Below are positions 33,408 to 44,245 of a stretch of 64,000 nucleotides of DNA, one piece after another. The DNA is taken from NCBI RefSeq assembly GCF_000143415.4, contig NW_003314266.1, forward strand, positions 3,682,004 to 3,746,003. Reading direction: 5' to 3'. Each line of letters begins with the position of its first letter. Position 1 is the first letter of the stretch. Source of the DNA: Selaginella moellendorffii (Eukaryota; Plantae; Lycopodiophyta). The notes beneath the pieces are model-generated. The model did not search any database and was not told the origin of the DNA. It saw nothing but the letters and a program-made list of their open reading frames with translations. Position numbers and translations under genes: made by a program.

Positions 33408-34432
33408 TCACTGATGCGGAGCAAAAACTCTGTGGATGCCATCAAACTCATCGTCATAACGACCATCGTCTTTAGCTAGAAGTAGCAGCAGTGGCAAATA
33501 GAGCGTAGGCTTGATCTTCTTCACGCACTGAACCAGGCTTTGTCGCTTATCTGTGACGAAGAGGCACACAAGATGAGCATCTCGCTCAGCCATTTGCGAC
33601 CATCCGAGGTATTCGATTGAAGTCCTTGGCCTGTGGAGCCTTGATGGGCATCATGTAGAAGGCTGCCTTTGGAAACACGGCCAAGTTCTTGAGCTTGTCA
33701 CACATGGCCCCGACCTCCACCACCATAGCTTTGGTCACGCAGACGTTCATCAAGATCCCGTAAGTCATATGATCTGGCTAATGCTTCTCCTCCGATTAAG
33801 CTCTGCCCTCTGGATGTTGCCACTCTCTACACACACGTTGGGCAACGTGTTGTAGATGCCATTTCTTCCGCTTGATGGTGTTGTAGGGCCTGGTGTACAT
33901 GTCGATGAGGATGCTAAGAGTTATCTCCGACGGCTCCAAGCCATAGCTTGCCAGCTTGTCAACATCCCTTGGGCGAGTGTGACTTTCCTTGCTCGTCCTA
34001 GAGTTCCAATTAGAATGTTAAAGAGAACTTGATCTTGCACTTGCTCCATGTCTCGGAAGAGCCGCAAGATCACCTGTTAGTCCCCAACTCTCAAATAGAT
34101 GTTTGTGATCACACCAAGTTCAGGAGGTCCATGGTCTCTGCCGTTCTTCCAGCCTTCCTGTATGGCACTGTATGTAACTCTGTCGAAAGAAACCCCGGTT
34201 TCACAAAGCTGGTGGAACCAGGCCATGGCATCCTCAACTCAACCGCAACACTTGGAACAGCTAACAAAGATGCTGAAAGTGTAGTTGTCCAGCATGATCT
34301 TTTCCTCGAGCATATCCTTGGGAAGTTCTCTTCCAAAAACCTCCACTGTTCTCCATCGCACAGTAGCTTGAGCATCATGTTGTATGCAAAGACAGTGATC
34401 TCAAAAATCTCTATGATCTCTAATAATCTCAT
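33408..34432 (-). pseudogene. PPR-like pseudogene, copy 3 (retains extra 5' repeat)
   Basis: ITVFAYNMMLKLLCDG, TYGILMNVCV and AAFYMM fragments. Confidence 0.7.
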
Positions 34433-34834
34433 CTAGCCCCTACTACAGCCACAAAATTCTACTCCCTTATATTAAACTCTTGTTCTTAGTAAAGAACTTT
34501 ACCACCATGTTCTAATATACATCCACCTATACCAAGTATGGGGACCCAAATTGCTTTCCACACTTTGTTTTTTATCTCTGTAGCAAAATAAACTAGGCCA
34601 CCAAATCGTCTCAAGAAAATACTAAACATTCAGTCTTTAAACAATATGAACTTTTCAATTCTCAAACATTTTGTTTAAAGGCTTTTTAATCTCAATTAAA
34701 AAGCTATAGTGAGAAAAGTCAAACATAAACATGAATACTGTAGATAGCTCTCTCCAAAACAAATATAAACATCTATTCGACGTAAAGTCAATAGTGTCAA
34801 ATTCTTGAACTATGGCTATTCCCGTCCAACACAA

Positions 34835-36280
34835 ATGGACAGCGATCTATGCTTGCAATTGCGAGCCGCTTTGCTGCGCCATCAAATCCCCCTCGAGCCA
34901 GTCCAGGCTCAAATCTCTTGCCAGGAGCATCACTCCCTCTTTGATCGCTCGCGGCTCGACTATCTCACCAGAATTCTGGAAGAAAACGATGAGGAGCTCC
35001 TCCTCCAGCTGCCACAACAACAGCAAACCTCTTACCAGGTACTGCTCCGCGAGCTCACGGAAATTGTCTCCTGTTGTCTCTCCCCCAATTCTTGTGCCAG
35101 CAGTTCCTTGTCCATGGACGCCGCCTCTCCTCCTCATTCTCCCTCGCGCACCTCCAGCGTCTCCTTCCACAGCTTGCTCATGGACTGCGCCCGAGCAGTG
35201 GCTGCCAACAACTCCACCAAAGTCCATGAGCTCGTGAGAGAGATCAGAACTTTAGCCTCACCTCAGTCGCGTCCAGTGGAGAAGGCCGCGCTCTACTTCA
35301 CCAACGCGCTCGTCGCGAGGCTGGCCGGGTGTGGAGCTCGGATGTACGCCGCGATGCACCAGGACGTGACGAGGATCCAGAGTATCGCCATCCGGATGAA
35401 TCTTCCCAGCCTCCGGGCCACGGAGCGCTTCGCCAACCAGATGATCCTCGAAGCCTGCCGTGGTGCCAAGCGTGTCCACATCGTCGACTATGGGATCCTC
35501 TACGGCGACCAGTGGCCGTCGCTCATCAAGGCGCTGTCCGAGAGAGCCGAGGGGCCGCCACTGTTCAAGATCACAGGCATTGACTTCCCGTCCCTTGTCA
35601 ACCTCGAGAAAACTGGAAACCGGCTGGTCGACTACGCAGAGTCGTGTGGGATGCACCTCGAGTTCCACTCCATCGCCACCGCGGCGTGGGAGTCAGCGCA
35701 GCCGCGATACCATCTCTTCAGCGAGCTTCTCTTCGTCAACTGCCAGCTGAGGATGCGGCACATCCGCGAGGACGGGATCATCGACAGCCCCCGGAAGCTC
35801 TTCTTCGAGAAGATCCTCAGCTTCAAGCCTGTTATGTTTTTCCAGTCCGTGGTGCACGCTGAGATGGGCTCTCCGTTTTTCATCCACCGCTTCGACGGGG
35901 CCTGGAGGAGCTTTCTGGCAAGGCTGGAGTCGTTCGAGGAGACGATGAAGCTTGGGTTGATCGACCAGTCGCAGCTCGACTTCATGGATAAGTTCATCGA
36001 GAAGTGCGCCATGGGAGCCATTGCCTGTGACGGGCAGAACCGTGTGGAGCGCATTTCCTCGTACAAAACCTGGGATCGCCTGGCTCGGAAAGGCCAGTTC
36101 GGACAGCTTCCAGTCAGCAAACAAGCGTTCGAGATGGTCATGTCCGTTTGGAGCGGACACGAGAACTTCACGTACGGAATGGACGAGAACTGGCTGCTGC
36201 TTGGCTGGAAAGACGTAATCTTGAATGCTTTGAGCGTCTGGAAGCCCATTGAGAAGCTACCGCGCTTCAAACACCAGTGA
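34835..36280 (+). CDS. GRAS transcription factor, LISCL-like type A, copy 3 (intact)
   Basis: ATG at 34835 (MDSDLCLQ) with a full GRAS domain to SVW. TATA-like aatataaac lies at ~34762. Confidence 0.95.
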   Translation: MDSDLCLQLRAALLRHQIPLEPVQAQISCQEHHSLFDRSRLDYLTRILEENDEELLLQLPQQQQTSYQVLLRELTEIVSCCLSPNSCASSSLSMDAASPPHSPSRTSSVSFHSLLMDCARAVAANNSTKVHELVREIRTLASPQSRPVEKAALYFTNALVARLAGCGARMYAAMHQDVTRIQSIAIRMNLPSLRATERFANQMILEACRGAKRVHIVDYGILYGDQWPSLIKALSERAEGPPLFKITGIDFPSLVNLEKTGNRLVDYAESCGMHLEFHSIATAAWESAQPRYHLFSELLFVNCQLRMRHIREDGIIDSPRKLFFEKILSFKPVMFFQSVVHAEMGSPFFIHRFDGAWRSFLARLESFEETMKLGLIDQSQLDFMDKFIEKCAMGAIACDGQNRVERISSYKTWDRLARKGQFGQLPVSKQAFEMVMSVWSGHENFTYGMDENWLLLGWKDVILNALSVWKPIEKLPRFKHQ

Positions 36281-36414
36281 TCCACCCTGTACCTACATTC
36301 TTTTTGTAACTTCTTTGTTCCTGCTCGTGTCCTTCCTGTAAGGAGGCGATTTAGATGTCTTCAAAGAACACTCAAGAGGAACTTACCTTGTCACGGAAGT
36401 TCTCAAGTCCATCG

Positions 36415-37833
36415 CTATAGAACCTGAAACATACCAGCCACTTGTAGGACACGCTTTGGTCGCCAAGCACTCATCGCGTAGAGCACCGTGCCCTTCCACC
36501 CCAGCAACATCCAGTTTCCATCTCTTGCGAAGCCGAAGTTGGGGTTCCTGAATTTTCCACAAGCGCTCCTCACTTTATCGTAAATCTCCTCCGTCACTGC
36601 CACCCCTTCGAAGCCTGCTCGCTTTGCCCGAGCATCCCAGACGCGATACGAGGCCGCTCTCTCCACTCGTTCGAGCCCTTCGCACGCGACGATGTTCATG
36701 ATATCTCTTGCGGCCACCTTTTGGATAAATCCGTGCTCTTCCGGCTTTCCTTCTGCCACCGCTTCAAAGTACTCCATCTTCTGCTTGTAAAACTCGAGGG
36801 CGTTCTTGAACCGCTGCAAGAACAAGGGCGAGCCCATATCGGCACTGATCTCGGTTTGCAAGAACAAGTCCGGCCTGAGCCCGCAAATCTTCCCGAGGAA
36901 AACTTCTCTGGGATTGTCCACCGCAACCGTGCCATGATCTCGCAAGTGGCGCAGCCGGAGCACGCTATTCACCACCAGCACCTCGTTCTTACACCGGATA
37001 ATCCTCTCCTTTTCCCAGTTCTCGCTTGCCACTGCCATGAACTCGAACGGAACTCCACACGATCTCGCAAACTCGACCAGCTTCCTCCCGGTCTCGGCCA
37101 AGTTGACGACGTGAGGACAATCCACCCCAGTGATCTTGAGCTCGGGAGGACCGCCGCTACGCTGGGACAAAGCCTTGATCAGATACGGCCACTGGAAGCC
37201 ATACTGGATGCCATAGTCGACGATATGGACGCGACGAGCTCCTCTAGCCAGCTCCAGTATGTGCTCGTTGGCGAATCTTTGCGAGAGCTTCAAGCACGGG
37301 AGATTCAAGAGCCTCACGGACAAGTACTGGCGGCGAGTGACCTCCTTTGCCATGGCGGCGTACACCTGAGCCCCAAAGCCCTCCAATCGGGCAGTCAGTG
37401 CGTCGACGAAGAATGAGATCGTCCGACACAAGCATCCCATCGATCCCGACGATCGCCACAGCGCGCCCTTGATGTCACTGACCAGCGCGAAAGCCCGTGA
37501 GGAATCCCCCGCCGCCACCGCCTGGGCGCAGCGGACGAGCAGATATTCCAAACCGCCATCGCTGTCGCTGTTCTTGGGAGAATCAAGAGGCCGCGGCGCA
37601 ACGATCGCTGTGAGCTCGCTTAGAATCTGGCAGTACTCACCGGACCGCGCGAGCTGATCGTGATCCTCGTTGTCGCCGTCGTCGTCCAGCAGCACGCTCG
37701 AAATGTAAGACACTGTCGGATCCATGAAACCCTTGCGTGCCTCCTCGTCGTCGTCCTCCAGCGGTGGATCTTGCCGCAAGCCGTGGCGCAGCAGCGCGCA
37801 CTTAAGCATCGATGAGAGATCGATCGACGCCAT
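36415..37833 (-). CDS. GRAS transcription factor, LISCL/SCL14-like type B (intact)
   Basis: DPTVSYISSVLLDD, RVHIVDYGIQYGFQWP, GGPPELKITG, NIVACEGLERVER, WMLLGWKG and SAW. 472 aa. Confidence 0.95.
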   Translation of the reverse strand: MASIDLSSMLKCALLRHGLRQDPPLEDDDEEARKGFMDPTVSYISSVLLDDDGDNEDHDQLARSGEYCQILSELTAIVAPRPLDSPKNSDSDGGLEYLLVRCAQAVAAGDSSRAFALVSDIKGALWRSSGSMGCLCRTISFFVDALTARLEGFGAQVYAAMAKEVTRRQYLSVRLLNLPCLKLSQRFANEHILELARGARRVHIVDYGIQYGFQWPYLIKALSQRSGGPPELKITGVDCPHVVNLAETGRKLVEFARSCGVPFEFMAVASENWEKERIIRCKNEVLVVNSVLRLRHLRDHGTVAVDNPREVFLGKICGLRPDLFLQTEISADMGSPLFLQRFKNALEFYKQKMEYFEAVAEGKPEEHGFIQKVAARDIMNIVACEGLERVERAASYRVWDARAKRAGFEGVAVTEEIYDKVRSACGKFRNPNFGFARDGNWMLLGWKGTVLYAMSAWRPKRVLQVAGMFQVL

Positions 37834-37904
37834 CGTCCTAGACTCGCGGAACTTTGAATTTTAGGGTTCTTGGAGAGAGAGTCGTGTCCAAATGGAAGAC
37901 AAGA

Positions 37905-39099
37905 CTACCGATCAAAAGCCGTGCAATCTCTCCTCACGTCGCCATCGCTCCCAACCTTCACTCCAACGCTCGACAGTCTTTGCATCGCGGCGCCAAATTC
38001 CTGGTAGAACTTTTGCTCGTCTCTCGCGAATTCCCTGATCATCTCCCTCGTCTTGCGCTTGGCGAGGAGCGTCTCGTCCGAGATGAGCAGCGCGTTTCCA
38101 GCGACGAGGGTCTTGTAGTAGGAGTTGTCGAAGGCGAATGGAGTGGAGGGATCGAAGGGCAGCACCAAGCCTGGATCATCGCCACGCTCGGGACAGGCGG
38201 CCTTGAGGCTCGACGCGAAAACCGGAGGGAGCCTCGGATCCATTGCGCGATCGCGGCTAAAGTTGTAGAGCCTCTTGTGGAATTGCTTGCAGTGAGCGAA
38301 TCCAAAAGTGTGAGCACCTAGGGAGGAATCCATGAAACTTTTCGAGCTTTTAGATGAAAAGCTTTGAGAGCTTACCACTCAGTACCACGAGATCTTCCAT
38401 GTCCAGTCCTTTGCTCTTAAAGTTGCGTAAAAGTTGATGGAGATTCAAGGTGGAGCCTGGAAGGTTGTCCTGGACCCTCGCGGCCTCGGAGATAAATCCA
38501 TCTTTTCTTCCCTTGAGAACAGGATACGAAGGCCCACCAGTCTGTCAATCAAAAAGACCTTTTGATCAACCTGGAAGCTAGAATTGCATGAGAACTAATG
38601 AAACTTAATCTTACCAGCTCTATGAAGTTTCTCGCTATGATCACCAAGATGTCAGCACAAGACACCACTCCCGGGCACTCGGCTTCCACCGCCGCCTTTG
38701 CTCGAACCACGGCATCAAAACCATCACCAGCCAAGTCCCTGTTAACTTCCGCGTCTCTTTCAGCCAAGTTGTCCGGAGTAGAAGTTATCATGATCGAGGC
38801 ATCGCATCCCTGCACCATGCAAACAAGATCATCACAAGATCGAAAAATAAAAAGCAGAGAAACGAGAAAATCGGACTTACCTCTATGAAGCAGTCGTGGA
38901 ACAAGAGCCTCACAACAGCCGCAGGAGTCGTGGGTGCTTCGGCCAGCTTAAGTTTAGCAGAGGTTGCGAGGATCTCTTCCAAATTTGGACACGTCTCGGA
39001 GTAATAGCCGAGCTCGAGTTTATCTGCTGCTGCGCTAAAAACCACCAACGAAGCCTTCAACAAGGAAACCATTACCAAAATCTCACACGCTGGCGCCAT
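37905..39099 (-). CDS. class III secretory peroxidase (4 exons)
   Basis: Signal peptide, YYSETCP, RLLFHDCFIEGCDAS, CPGVVSCADIL, GRKDG, LVVLSGAHTFGFAHC, FDNSYY and VRRDC, with the three classical intron positions. Confidence 0.95.
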
Positions 39100-39556
39100 A
39101 GCGCAGCGCAGCTCGTGAGCAAACCTTGGACGAGCTGGGCCTTTTGCGCACCATTTCTAAACGAAATAAAAATAAACAGGCTCGTTAGCTGGAGCTGGCC
39201 CAAAAAAATCACTATACTATACTTAGAAGCGAACCAGTTTTGAGTGGACTAAAATGACGATGCATTCTTCCAGAATATACAGTTTCATTTCTGTTGGAGA
39301 ACGGAAAAAAAAAAGAAGAGAAAGGTAAACAAAAAAAAAACGGAGGATGAGGAGGATCGAGAAATAAGAACCAACAAACATTAAGGAAACAAAGCTTAAA
39401 AAAAAGTATGGAAACTGAAGAACCTTCTTGTCGTAGAGAGTGCCTCACTGAAAGAATTTGACTCCTACTGTTTTTCTTTCTTTCACTGACGAAGAACTGA
39501 TGTCCTGTACCGGTTCGGGAAAAGCTGCTCTTGCCTGTTTCGATCGACCATCGCTT

Positions 39557-40641
39557 CTACACCCGGGCCCTCTTGCTGCAAGACGGGCATTTGTACTGCT
39601 TGATGTGTTCCGCTCTGGCCGGTGTAACCTTGACACAGCTCCCATGAAACCACTTTTGGCACGTATCGCATCCTATCCAGAACTCCTTCTTGTCCGCGTT
39701 GTAGGGGCCATTGCAGGTCCCGCAGAAGGTGTCACCGTGCTCCTCCTCGTCTTCGTCGTAAGGAGAGTCTTCGTCCTCCTCGTCGCTCGATGGGGGCTTC
39801 TTCTGCGGACGCAGTGACACCATTAGCAAGCACGCAGAGAACCAAGTTCGCCTTACAGATTTCGCACTAGAAGCCCTTTTGGAGCTGCTGTTGCCGTTTG
39901 TTTTCTCCTGCGCTTGCTTCTTCCCGGTGACCGTATCGTAGATGGTTGGAAGCGAGTTCATCAAGCTAAACAAGCGCTTCCTGTGTGCCACACGCGAAAA
40001 AGAGAGAGAGCAAAAGACAACACACATCAGGGAATGGGAAAGATAAAAGAAAATAGGAGAGTCACCTGTCTGCCCTGTCAAAATGGGCACCATAGAAAAA
40101 AGCCACTGCAATTAACCACGCGTCGCTGTGGACTGCTACTAGCGACAGCCATGCCTTGCGCTCCATCCCATCTCTCGCAAAGTTGATGCCGAGCGCCGGC
40201 TCCGGGAGCTCCGGAGGAACTTCTTCCGCTGGGAAATTCACCTCCCAGCTCTCGTCGGGAAATCCATACAGGCACAGGTTTTCCTTGTCTACACACACAA
40301 AAAACACCCACGCACGAACGGCGGCAGTCAGAGTTTAATCACTCTATCCGAGAGAAAAAAAGAGAAAAAAATTCAAGGCCCTGAGAACTAAATGAGCGCA
40401 CCTGGATCGCATTCATTGCAGAATTGCTCCACATCTGGGCAGCCCAAAACAAAAGCAAGGCAAGAAAAAAATCTCTCATCAGTACCGGTCGAGCAAAAAA
40501 AGAGTGGGAAAATTCCACGATTGAGTGGAATTGGAGGAGCTCACCTTCTGTCAGCGCTTTCACCATTCCAGCTCTCCGGTTCTTGAAATCGGTGAAAATC
40601 TCCTCCACAGTACGTGGGTTGTATGGAGCAGCATTTTCCAT
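39557..40641 (-). CDS. Alfin-like PHD finger protein (multi-exon)
   Basis: [17 protein letters not shown], [39 protein letters not shown], and [31 protein letters not shown]. Confidence 0.96.
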
Positions 40642-41251
40642 GGCGGAATTCGTCCAAGAGCGAGCCCAAGAATCGCGCAGCGCAGCTCCTACACCCAAAC
40701 CCTAGTCACTAAAACCCTGGCAGCCGCGGCCAAGAAGGAGCGCGCATCGCCGCCGAGGAAAAGGCCAATCCGTGGAGAGCGCCGAGAGGGATTTACCGTG
40801 GGGCGGGAGCTGAGAGAGAGGCGGCGGTGGAGCGGCCGCGGCGCAGCAACACAGATCTCGCGCACCCAACGCCCAACCAGCGACGAACCAAACCCTAGCG
40901 AGACAAAAGAAACCAACAAGATCCCTCTTTGACTGTTAGCATATGCTGATTCTGTTAAGTGCGGAGGCGAATATTCGTCACGGTAGAAAAAAGTATGAAG
41001 CCGTTGACGTCCCCGAGAAAGAAAAAAGAAAACCATGGAACTGAATGTTCTCAAACTTTTTTTCCTTTTTTTCGATCATAGCGTTATCAGTGTTGTCGAT
41101 TACAAACCAAAACAACTTTAGCTTCTCTCATCTATAGGACGGTCACGAAATGTAGCTACAAAGAAAGGAAAAAGGATAGAACAGAACAGAGCTTGGATCG
41201 ATGGGGTGGATCGATGATCGCTCGCTGCGAAAAGAAAGAGGAATCGATCGA

Positions 41252-42196
41252 TCACGCGCTGGCCCGGGAGACGAGGAGCTCGCTGATGTCCCAGAGCTTC
41301 TTCCCGAGCTGTGGATCCAGCGCCTTCTTGGACGGCTTCGCCTCCTGGCAATCCGCGAGGTAGCGGCCGCTCACATCCGCCATGTCGGGGTGGATGGCCG
41401 CGTAGATCGTCGTCGCCGCGCCCTGCTCCACGCTCTTCCATTTGCCCGCGTATATGATCTTGACGAAGAGCTTCATCGCCGCCGAGTGGCGCCACAGCGG
41501 CGTCCCGATCAGCCCCGGGTGGACCGCGTTGGCCGTGATGTTGATCTTCTCCCGCTGGAACATCACTGCCAGGGAGTTCGCATGGAGGATGTTGGCCAGC
41601 TTGGATTGCCCATACGCCTTCTTGGAATCGTAGCTCCCGCGATCGTTGATAGCGTCGAGATCGCGGATCCCTTCCTTGTAACCCACCGTCGTGTGCGCCA
41701 CCGACGAGAGATTGACGATCCGGCCCTGGATCCCGGATTTCGCCGCCGTCTCCTTCATCGTGTCGAGCAGGAGATTCGTGAGCAAGAAATGGCCCAGGTG
41801 ATTCGTCGCGAACTGCGATTCCACGCCGTCGGCCGTGAGGCTGAAGGGGCAGAACATCACACCCGCGTTGTTGATGAGGAGATTGAGCGGCAGGCCGGAT
41901 TTCTTGAAATCCTCGACGAAGCCCCGGACGCTCGCCAGCGACGCCAAATCCAGCTCCATACACTGCACCGACGCCCCCGGCAGCTCCTTCTCCATCGCCG
42001 CGCGGGCTCTCTCCGCCGCTTCCTTGTTCCTGGCCGCGATCACAACCCTGGCGCCCTGCTTCGCAAGAATGCGCACCACTTCCGCGCCAATGCCGCTCGC
42101 CCCTCCCGTGACGATTGCCGTGAGATTCTTGGCGTCAATCCCCTGCGCCACTTCCTCAGCGGTGGAGTGCGCGCCATAGCCTGATCGCTTCCCCAT
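41252..42196 (-). CDS. short-chain dehydrogenase/reductase, TIC32/retinol-dehydrogenase-like
   Basis: TGGASGIG, NNAG, FATNHLGHFLLT, YGQSK and VHPG. Intronless 314 aa. Confidence 0.95.
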   Translation of the reverse strand: MGKRSGYGAHSTAEEVAQGIDAKNLTAIVTGGASGIGAEVVRILAKQGARVVIAARNKEAAERARAAMEKELPGASVQCMELDLASLASVRGFVEDFKKSGLPLNLLINNAGVMFCPFSLTADGVESQFATNHLGHFLLTNLLLDTMKETAAKSGIQGRIVNLSSVAHTTVGYKEGIRDLDAINDRGSYDSKKAYGQSKLANILHANSLAVMFQREKINITANAVHPGLIGTPLWRHSAAMKLFVKIIYAGKWKSVEQGAATTIYAAIHPDMADVSGRYLADCQEAKPSKKALDPQLGKKLWDISELLVSRASA

Positions 42197-42380
42197 TCTT
42201 TCTTTCTCCCTCGTATAAAAGACACTTTCCTATAAACCCTAAACGCGCGCGATCCAATGGCCTAGATCTAAATATATCCAACGGCCGGAACCGACTAATC
42301 GGATCCAACGGCCGGTAATATCGATCGCACGGCCCCAGCACGTCTTGCGTGGAAGACCTTTAACCGCGTTGGCATTTAAA

Positions 42381-44033
42381 ATGCTCCAGGCGCTCGCCAA
42401 GAGCCCTAGATTCGATTCTTCCTCGTCGCGGCTGCGCGATCTCCTCAATCTCATCGACGCGGGATCCATCCGCCCCGACGCGGCGGATTTCCGTCGCCTC
42501 ATCGCGGATTGTACAGATCTTCGCCTCCTCCACGAAGCAAGATGCATCCACAGCTTGGTCCACCGCCACGGCCTCGCCGGCGATCGATTGATCGGCAACT
42601 ACCTCGTCAAGATGTTCGTGCGCTGCGGCGACATCGACAGGGCGCGCGAAGTCTTCGATCGGGTAAGCGCCAGGGACGTGATCCTCTGGACGGAGATGAT
42701 CGCCGCATATGGCGAGAGGGGATATTTCCAGGAATCGCTGGAGCTTTGGAAGATCATGAGGCTCGAGGGAGCCATGCCGGACCTCATCGCATTCGTCACA
42801 GCGCTCAAATCTTGCTGCTGCCCGGCGAGCCTCGGCACTGGGGCTCTCATCCACTCGATGATTCTCGAGAGCGGCCTGGGATCCAACGTGATCGTGGAGA
42901 CCGCGCTGGTGAATATGTACGCTAGATGCGGCAGGATCGAGCAGGCAACCACGATGTTCTTCGGGATTTCTCACAGGGACATTGTCGCGTGGAACGCTAT
43001 CATAGCGGTAAATGCCGAGAGAGGGCATTTTGGCCAGGCCATGCATCTCTTCCATTCGCTGCTGCTCGAGGGGGAGAGATGGCCCAACAAGAGCACCTAT
43101 GTGGCGGTTCTCTCGGCTTGCAGAGATCTCCACGATCTCAAGCTCCTCCACTCGTGCTCGATCCACGGTGGCCTGGAGCTCCACGTAGAGGTCGCCACGG
43201 CACTCGTGCACGCGTATGCCCTGCTCGGGCACCTCTCCATCTCTCGCTCGATCTTCGACCGGTTGCTCTGCCAAGACCGAGACATCGTCCTCTGGAACGC
43301 GATGATCGAAGCCTATGCCCAAGAGGGCGATCGCGAATCCATCGCCCTGTTCCGGCAAATGCAGCTCCTCGGCTGCCAGCCAGACCGAGCGACGTTCCTG
43401 AGCTTGCTCTCGGCGTGCTCGGCTATGGTGGACCTGGAAGAAGGAAAGAGACTACACTCGCGGATCGGGAGCTGCCTCGAGGACTTCCAGATCCAAAACG
43501 CGCTGCTTGCGATGTACGCCAGGTGTGGGAGGCTCGAGCTCGCGCAGCTCCTCTTCGATGGTATGCCCGAGAGGTCGGTCTTCTCTTGGAACTCCATGGT
43601 GGCCGCGTATGCTCAGCACGGGCATCTTGACCAAGTCTTCCAGAGCCTCAAGAGGATGCAAAACGAAGGCGTCAAGCCCGACAGCGTGACGTTCGTGAGC
43701 GTCCTCAGTGCTTGCAGTGGAGCCGGACTGCTGGCAGAGGGCCGGAGCCACTTCGAGTTTGTGAAGCGTCACATTCGCGAGTGGCCGAGCACCGAGCACT
43801 ACGGCTGCATGATCGATCTCCTTGGTCGCCTGGGAAGATTGGAGGAGGCCGAAAGACTAGTTTTGGAGGTCCCGGACGAAGCAGCGGACGCGGTGCTGTG
43901 GAGAACACTGCTCGCTGCTTGCCGGACTTACGGAGATTTGGAGCGAGGGAGACGAGCGGCCGAGAGAGTGGTGGATTTAGATCCGGACGACTCTGCTGCT
44001 TACGTCGTGCTCTACAACACAGTTGCCACTTAG
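42381..44033 (+). CDS. PLS-class pentatricopeptide repeat protein ending in a truncated E domain
   Basis: Repeated ALVNMYARCG / DIVAWNA / PDSVTFVSVLSACS motifs, EHYGCMIDLLGRLG, WRTLLAAC and AAYVVLYN then stop. First ATG is at 42381. Confidence 0.93.
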   Translation: MLQALAKSPRFDSSSSRLRDLLNLIDAGSIRPDAADFRRLIADCTDLRLLHEARCIHSLVHRHGLAGDRLIGNYLVKMFVRCGDIDRAREVFDRVSARDVILWTEMIAAYGERGYFQESLELWKIMRLEGAMPDLIAFVTALKSCCCPASLGTGALIHSMILESGLGSNVIVETALVNMYARCGRIEQATTMFFGISHRDIVAWNAIIAVNAERGHFGQAMHLFHSLLLEGERWPNKSTYVAVLSACRDLHDLKLLHSCSIHGGLELHVEVATALVHAYALLGHLSISRSIFDRLLCQDRDIVLWNAMIEAYAQEGDRESIALFRQMQLLGCQPDRATFLSLLSACSAMVDLEEGKRLHSRIGSCLEDFQIQNALLAMYARCGRLELAQLLFDGMPERSVFSWNSMVAAYAQHGHLDQVFQSLKRMQNEGVKPDSVTFVSVLSACSGAGLLAEGRSHFEFVKRHIREWPSTEHYGCMIDLLGRLGRLEEAERLVLEVPDEAADAVLWRTLLAACRTYGDLERGRRAAERVVDLDPDDSAAYVVLYNTVAT

Positions 44034-44245
44034 AACAAAGCACGGAGAAGAAAAGACCGATGCAAGAGACCTCAGGAAATTGGATGATAAGTTACGTGAA
44101 TAGTTTCCTGGCTGCCAGAGCAACGAGGCCTTTGAAACACTACTAAGAAAAACAAACTACGCGCTTCACGGCTGGATTTTCCTGAGAAGATCGAAAGGTT
44201 CTGAGGAGAAAACGAAGGAAAACAAGCGCTACCTCTTTTGTGAGC

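Larger units (their letters stand above)
31806..36414 (+). repeat. partial third copy of the duplication unit
   Basis: ABC1K last ~30 codons and 3' flank, phosphatase relic, PPR relic and GRAS-A. The inverted GRAS block is absent. Confidence 0.88.

Noticed and set aside
8942-36414. The whole array as a pure haplotype mis-assembly
   Set aside because: Three copies with private deletions, a filler insertion and a solo LTR favour real duplication, though a partial haplotype artefact cannot be excluded without reads.
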